Shown here: piece after piece, positions 58,791-64,000 of the stretch | Numbering within the stretch: the stretch's first letter is position 1 | Layout of the letters: every line of letters begins with the position of its first letter | Assembly: GCF_036365525.1 (NCBI RefSeq) | Contig: NC_090417.1 | Location: 3,334,832-3,398,831, forward strand | Direction: 5' to 3' | Length of the DNA: 64,000 nucleotides | Source: Heterodontus francisci | Taxonomy: Eukaryota | Translations under genes and position numbers: made by a program | Notes under the pieces: model-generated | What the model saw: the letters and a program-made list of their open reading frames with translations, nothing else | Database searches by the model: none | Told to the model about the DNA's origin: nothing

Positions 58791-59784
58791 AATTCTGATC
58801 TGTGCGCTTTCCTTTTTTTAAAAAAAAAAATGGACCCCCTATTTTCACAAAAAACAGCTAAAACACTCTAACAGCCTCTCCTAAATATTCAGCCTGCATC
58901 AGAAGCCCCCTCCTTGTAAGGATGAGGAGTATTGAGGAGAAAGGACCTTCAGGTCAGGTTGGTGTGAGCTAAAATTTGCACATGCAGTGGAAACCTTCCA
59001 GGGTTAAAATACAGTAGAACATTATTCAAAGTTTTGTTAATTGGGACTAGAAATGTGCTTTACATTAAATGAATTCTAACATTACATGGCTATACACTAA
59101 TTCGAATGTATACATTACCATGTGGAGCGTAGCCACAGCTGACTTCCTGTAAAATATAATGTCAGTTGTTGGCACAGATTGTGGAGCAGGCCTGGGATTT
59201 TCCAGACCGCATGCCCGAGCACAGCTAGCAGTGTATTTACCAACTGGGGAGGGATGTCCTTTTCTGCAAATCTGTTTTCTTTTAAGATCTGCAGGAGCCA
59301 AGTATTATCGGTGTGCTGAATTTTCTCCACTTCAAGTTGCCATCAATGCTTCCTGATATACAGCCACTTGGAAGTTAGCAAGAGCAATGTGCACTTGATG
59401 TAAATAATGGCCCGGACTTTGTGCTATCAGCTTACTGTTATTAGAATAAATTGGATAGCAACTCCGAGCGTCTGCTTGTGTGTAGTTAAATGCAGAAGTC
59501 AGGAAGTCCCTGTCCCAAGTCTTCACTATACCCCACTGAGAGACTTGACATTCAAATGCATGGAACAAGTAAAATTGCTGAATTGACCCACTAAATATGC
59601 CAGAAAAACTCGCAGCTTGTCCATGCTTGCATAAGTGGATTTTTCACGACGTGTTAGGTCATGTTAACTGCCAAACAACCTCTCTGGCCCTGAAAAGTAA
59701 CTTTTCCAAGATTTGAACTACTATTGGAGATTTTTAAAAAAATCTTTGAAGATGTTTTTTTTCTGTCTCATCTCAATCCCATTT

Positions 59785-61240
59785 TTTAAAAGAGCAAAGA
59801 GCAGTACAGCACAGGAGCAGGCCATTCGGCCCTCCAAGCCTGCGCCATTCCTGATGCCTGCCTAAACGAAAACCTTCTGCACTTCCGGGGTCCGTATCCC
59901 TCTATTCCCATCCTATTCATGTATTTGTCAAGATGCCTCTTAAACGTCTCTATGGTACCTGCTTCCACCACCTCCCCCGGCAACAAGTTCCAGGCACTCA
60001 CCACCCTCTGTGTGAAGAACTTGCCTCGCACATCCCCTCTAAACTTTGCCCCTCTCACCTTAAACCTATGTCCCCTAGTAACTGACTCTTAAAACCTGGG
60101 AAAAAGCTTCTGACTATCCACTCTGTCCATGCCGCTTATAACTTTGTAAACCTCTATCATGTCGCCCCTCCACCTCCGTCGTTCCAGTGAAAACAATCCG
60201 AGTTTTTCCAACCTCTCTCATAGCTAATGCCCTCCAGATCAGGCAACATCCTGGTAAACCTCTTCTGTACCCTCTCCAAAGCCTCCACATCCTTCTGGTA
60301 GTGTGGCGACCAGAATTGCACGCAATATTCTAAGTGTGGCCGAACTAAAGTTCTGTACAGCTGCAGCATGACTTGCCTATTTTTATACTCTATGCCCCGA
60401 CCAATGAAGGCAAACATGCCGTATCCATCTTGCCAGCTCGCCTCTGATCCCGTGTGACTTCACCTTTTGTATCAGTCTGCCATGAGGGACCTTGTCAAAG
60501 GCTTTACTGAAGTCCATATAGATAACATCCACGGCCCTTCCTTCATCAATCATCTTTGTCACTTCCTCAAAAAACTCAATCAAATTAGTAAGACACGACC
60601 TCCCCTTCACAAAACCATGCTGCCTCTCGATAATAAGTTTGTTTGTTTCCAAATGGAAGTAAATCCAGTCCTGAAGAATCCTCTCTAATAATTTCCCTAC
60701 CACTGACGTAAATCTCACCGGCCTATAATTTCCTGGATTATCCTTGCTACCCTTCTTAAACAAAGGAACAACATTGGCTATTCTCCAGTCCTCTGGGACC
60801 TCACCTGTATCCAATGAGGATGCAAAGATTTCAGTCTAGGCCCCAGCAATTTCTTCCCTTGCCTCCCTCAGTATTCTGGGGTAGATCCCATCAGGCCCTG
60901 GGGACTTATCTACCTGAATGCTTTGCAAGAAACCCAACACCTCCTCCTTTTTGATAATGAGATGACTGAGACTATCTACACTCCCTTCCCTAGGCTCATC
61001 ATCCACCAAGTCCTTCTCTTTGGTGAATACTGATGCAAAGTACACATTTAGTACCTCGCCCATTTCCTCTGGCTCCACACATAGATTCCCTCCTCTGTCC
61101 TTGAGTGGGCCAACCCTTTCCCTGGTTACCCTCTTGCTCTTTATATACGTATAAAAAGCCTTGGGATTTTCCTTAATCCTGTTTGCCAATGACTTCTCAT
61201 AACCCCCTTTTAGCCCTCCTGACTCCTTGCTTATGTTCCT
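59785..61240 (-). mobile_element. Relatively young CR1 copy with an internal deletion, GINS4 intron 2
   Basis: IKENPKAFYTYIK...DKSPGPDGIYPRILRE; GEVPEDWRIANVVPLFKKG...QHGFVKGRSCLTNLIEFFE...YMDFSKAFDKVPH; FIGRGIEYK...LEYCVQFWSPH. Confidence 0.92.
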
Positions 61241-61983
61241 TTCTTTCCATGATTTGACGTTGAATGAATGATTCTAACTTACACTTGTTGGTTCAGACTC
61301 TGTGCTGCTCATTTAAGGATTCTTCAGTCTGGTTAAGGAGATGCACCATTTGCATGCCCTGTTTGCACAGGTGCCAGATCACCTGTTGAGCCTGTTTTGG
61401 ATGTCTAATTGCTGCTGGTCCAGTGCAAATGTCCAGAGAGAGTCTCTGGCCAAGTGTATGTGCCATCATTAGCACTGATCACAATATCTGACCCATGGCT
61501 CTCCCTCGTATGTCTGAGATGTGTATAATCAAGGCCACAATCCATTGTCTCTGCTGTTCTTCCTTTGAGATTTTTTCCCCTCCCTCCTGTTTAATGGAAT
61601 GGTGGGGCATATTTGTCTCATTTAGTGCCTGCTTTGGGGATGTTGTTGGCTGAAGCTCATAGTCTGGGTGAACATTTCAGTGCAGCACTTTTGGTTGAGA
61701 TGTTAGACCCTGATCCTGTCTAACTACCTGGCTGGATGTGAAGGCAATATTTGAAGATGACAAGAGAGTTCCTTTAGTGTCCTGACCAATAGTTTTCCCT
61801 CAACACCATTACATTTAAACAGATTAAGTAGTCATTAATACATTGCAGTTTCTTGATGCTTAGTGTCCAGGCCAACACATCAATTAGAATTTAAAAAAAA
61901 TTGATGAACTGCTCTTTATATCAATGTAAATGGTTGGGAGACCGATGTTTTATTGTGTCTGTGTATTTTAATGCAATTGGCAG

Positions 61984-62097
61984 GAACAGAACCTTCAGCG
62001 AGCAAAGAAAGGAGACCTGAAAGTCACCATTCACCGAATGGAGATGGAGAGGATTCGCTACATCCTCAGTAGCTACTTGAGATCACGGTTACAAAAG
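61984..62097 (+). CDS. GINS4: GINS4 coding exon 3
   Basis: cag|EQNLQRAKKGDLKVTIHRMEMERIRYILSSYLRSRLQK|gtac. Confidence 0.95.
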
Positions 62098-62470
62098 GTA
62101 CAGCATTCATGTCTCCAATTCCTCAATACAAAGTGTTTTTACACTGAGAACTGGAGCAGTGGGAAGGAAGAGAAATATGGGAGTTAGCACAAAGTCCTGT
62201 ATGGTCATGTTTGTTTTTAGTTGTGGAGTTGCTTGGTGTGTTGTGAGCAAATGATTGGATGCAGTGAGGTTAACATGCCCGGTGAGCAGTGTATTTTTAC
62301 TCTGCAATCAAGCATCTTTGACAGAAAAAAAAACTTGTATGGTGAATAGATTGGCTGTCCTAACATTCTGATCTTCATAGTTTGCTTGAAAATTAACTTC
62401 TTCATTTTAAAATACTCAGGAAATACTTCATGCTTTTTCTCGCCTTCCCCATCCCCCCACCGATTTCTAG

Positions 62471-62568
62471 ATAGAGAAGTTTTTCCCTCACATCTTGGAG
62501 AAAGAGAAGTCCCGTCTTGAGGCCGACCCTTCCTGCCTGTCTCCACAAGAAGCCGTTTTTGTACAAGA
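62471..62568 (+). CDS. GINS4: GINS4 coding exon 4 (gene continues beyond the window)
   Basis: tttctag|IEKFFPHILEKEKSRLEADPSCLSPQEAVFVQ(E)|gtgag. Confidence 0.93.
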
Positions 62569-63529
62569 GTGAGTGCTGTCAGAGCAATGGAAAGGAACTG
62601 GTGTTTATTTTACAAGGAGCTGTCTCTCCCAGGATGTCTGCAATTGAACCTTTCAAGATTGGGGTGGGTAGATTTTTATTGGTTAGGGCTATCGATGGAT
62701 ATGGAACAAAGGCCGCTGAAATGAAATGCAGATCAGCCATGATCTCATTGGATCGTGAAAAAGGTTTGAGGGGCTGAATGGCCTCCGCTGTTCCTATGAA
62801 CTCTCAGTCAAAGGGTCTTTTCCTTGGCTTCCCAGTGGCTTCTGGTGATTGAGTTCTCACTCAGTTCCAGGTTTATTACCCAGTCTGCTAACTGATCTCC
62901 GTCAGGAGAGTGGTGAATACGTACGGTTAGCCTCTGTGTTCTCAGGTGAGGATAGGAAAATCAGCCTTCATTCCCACTCCTGATACATGAGGTTTACTGA
63001 GGTGACACTCACTCTCGCTCTCGGGCAGTGCGTATCAGACCTTAACCACTCACTGTGTGAAAAGGTTTTTCCTCATGTCACTTTTGCTTCTCTTACCGAA
63101 CACTTCAAATCCTTTCAATCCTTTCACAAGTGAGAACTGTTTCTCTCTCTGTCCAGACACTGGGGAAGAGAAGCTTTGTTTATGAGGAATGACTGGGGCT
63201 GTTTTCATCAGAACAGGAGCGCTCAGTCGGGGATCCCGAGGCCATCGAAGTTGGGAGTTTTGATGAAATAAATGGCAAAGAACTATTTTCCACTTGTCTG
63301 CTGTTAAACTTGAGCCTATAATTGAAAATGAGTGGAAAGGTGAGGAGAAAGTTTTAATGCTGAGTGATTGGCATTTGGACTTGCCCCACTGCATTGGAAC
63401 TAGAATCTATAAAAGCTTCTGAAAGGGAGATGAATAAATATCTGAGCAAAAAACTAAACAGGTATGTGGTAATAATGAGGGAATGGGAAGAGACTGCTCA
63501 TTCTGTGAAGCAGCACAGTAAACGTGGAC

Positions 63530-64000
63530 CTTACAGCTGTCGACACAAAAATTGGTGGTGTCGTAAATAGTGAGGAGGAAAGCCTTACATTACAGGACGA
63601 TATAGATGGGCTGAGCAGTGACAAATGGAATTTAATCCTGAGAAGTGTGAGGTGATGCATTTTGGGAGGACTAACAAGGTAAGGGAATATACAATGGATG
63701 GTCGGACCCGAGGAAGTACAGAGGGTCAGAGGGACCTTGGTGTACTTGTCCATAGATCACTGAAGGCAGCAGCACAGGAAGATAAGGAAGGCATACGGGA
63801 TACTTGTCTTTATTAGCCGAGGTATAGAACATAAGAGCAGGGAGGTTATGATGGAGCTGTATAACGCGCTAGTTAGGCCACAACTGGAGTACTGTGTCGG
63901 AGAAATGCCATAACATACAAGGCTACGGGCCAAGTGCTGGAAAATGGGATTAGAATAGATCGGTGCTTGATGGCCGGCATGGACAGGATGGGCCGAAGGG
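63530..64000 (+). mobile_element. CR1 LINE 3' fragment
   Basis: MEFNPEKCEVMHFGR...QRDLGVLVHRSLK. Confidence 0.85.

Noticed and set aside
59130-59175. Short hairpin gccacagctgac...gtcagttgttggc as an snoRNA or miRNA
   Set aside because: The stem is only ~12 bp and there are no clear C/D or H/ACA boxes; compatible with chance.

Overview
This is vertebrate genomic DNA, most likely a cartilaginous fish (shark), judged from the repeat families (CR1 and L2 LINEs, Deu-type and HE1/V-type SINEs, a Penelope-like element, a 69-bp minisatellite). Three protein-coding genes lie on the + strand. (1) CHMP7 has 10 coding exons (3788-23592, 441 aa once corrected); as written, exon 1 has a 1-bp deletion that turns a conserved TGG (Trp) into an in-frame TGA. 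(2) An intronless D1-class dopamine receptor (34154-35566) looks most like D1C/DRD1C. (3) The first four coding exons of GINS4/SLD5 span 55312-62568, and the gene runs off the window. CHMP7 intron 1 is almost entirely a ~6.4-kb C-rich compound minisatellite whose unit changes stepwise; its first block carries roughly 100 copies of TGACGTGG. The giant Pro-rich and Gly/Arg/Glu-rich ORFs in the ORF track are artefacts of this array. Other clearly delimited elements: a non-autonomous hAT transposon with perfect TIRs and an 8-bp TSD, a probable solo LTR with a 4-bp TSD, a Penelope-like element with a decayed hammerhead motif, and a tail-to-tail retroposon hairpin in GINS4 intron 1. I see no clearly new multi-gene system. 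The best leads are regulatory or structural, and all homology calls come from recalled family sequences, not searches.
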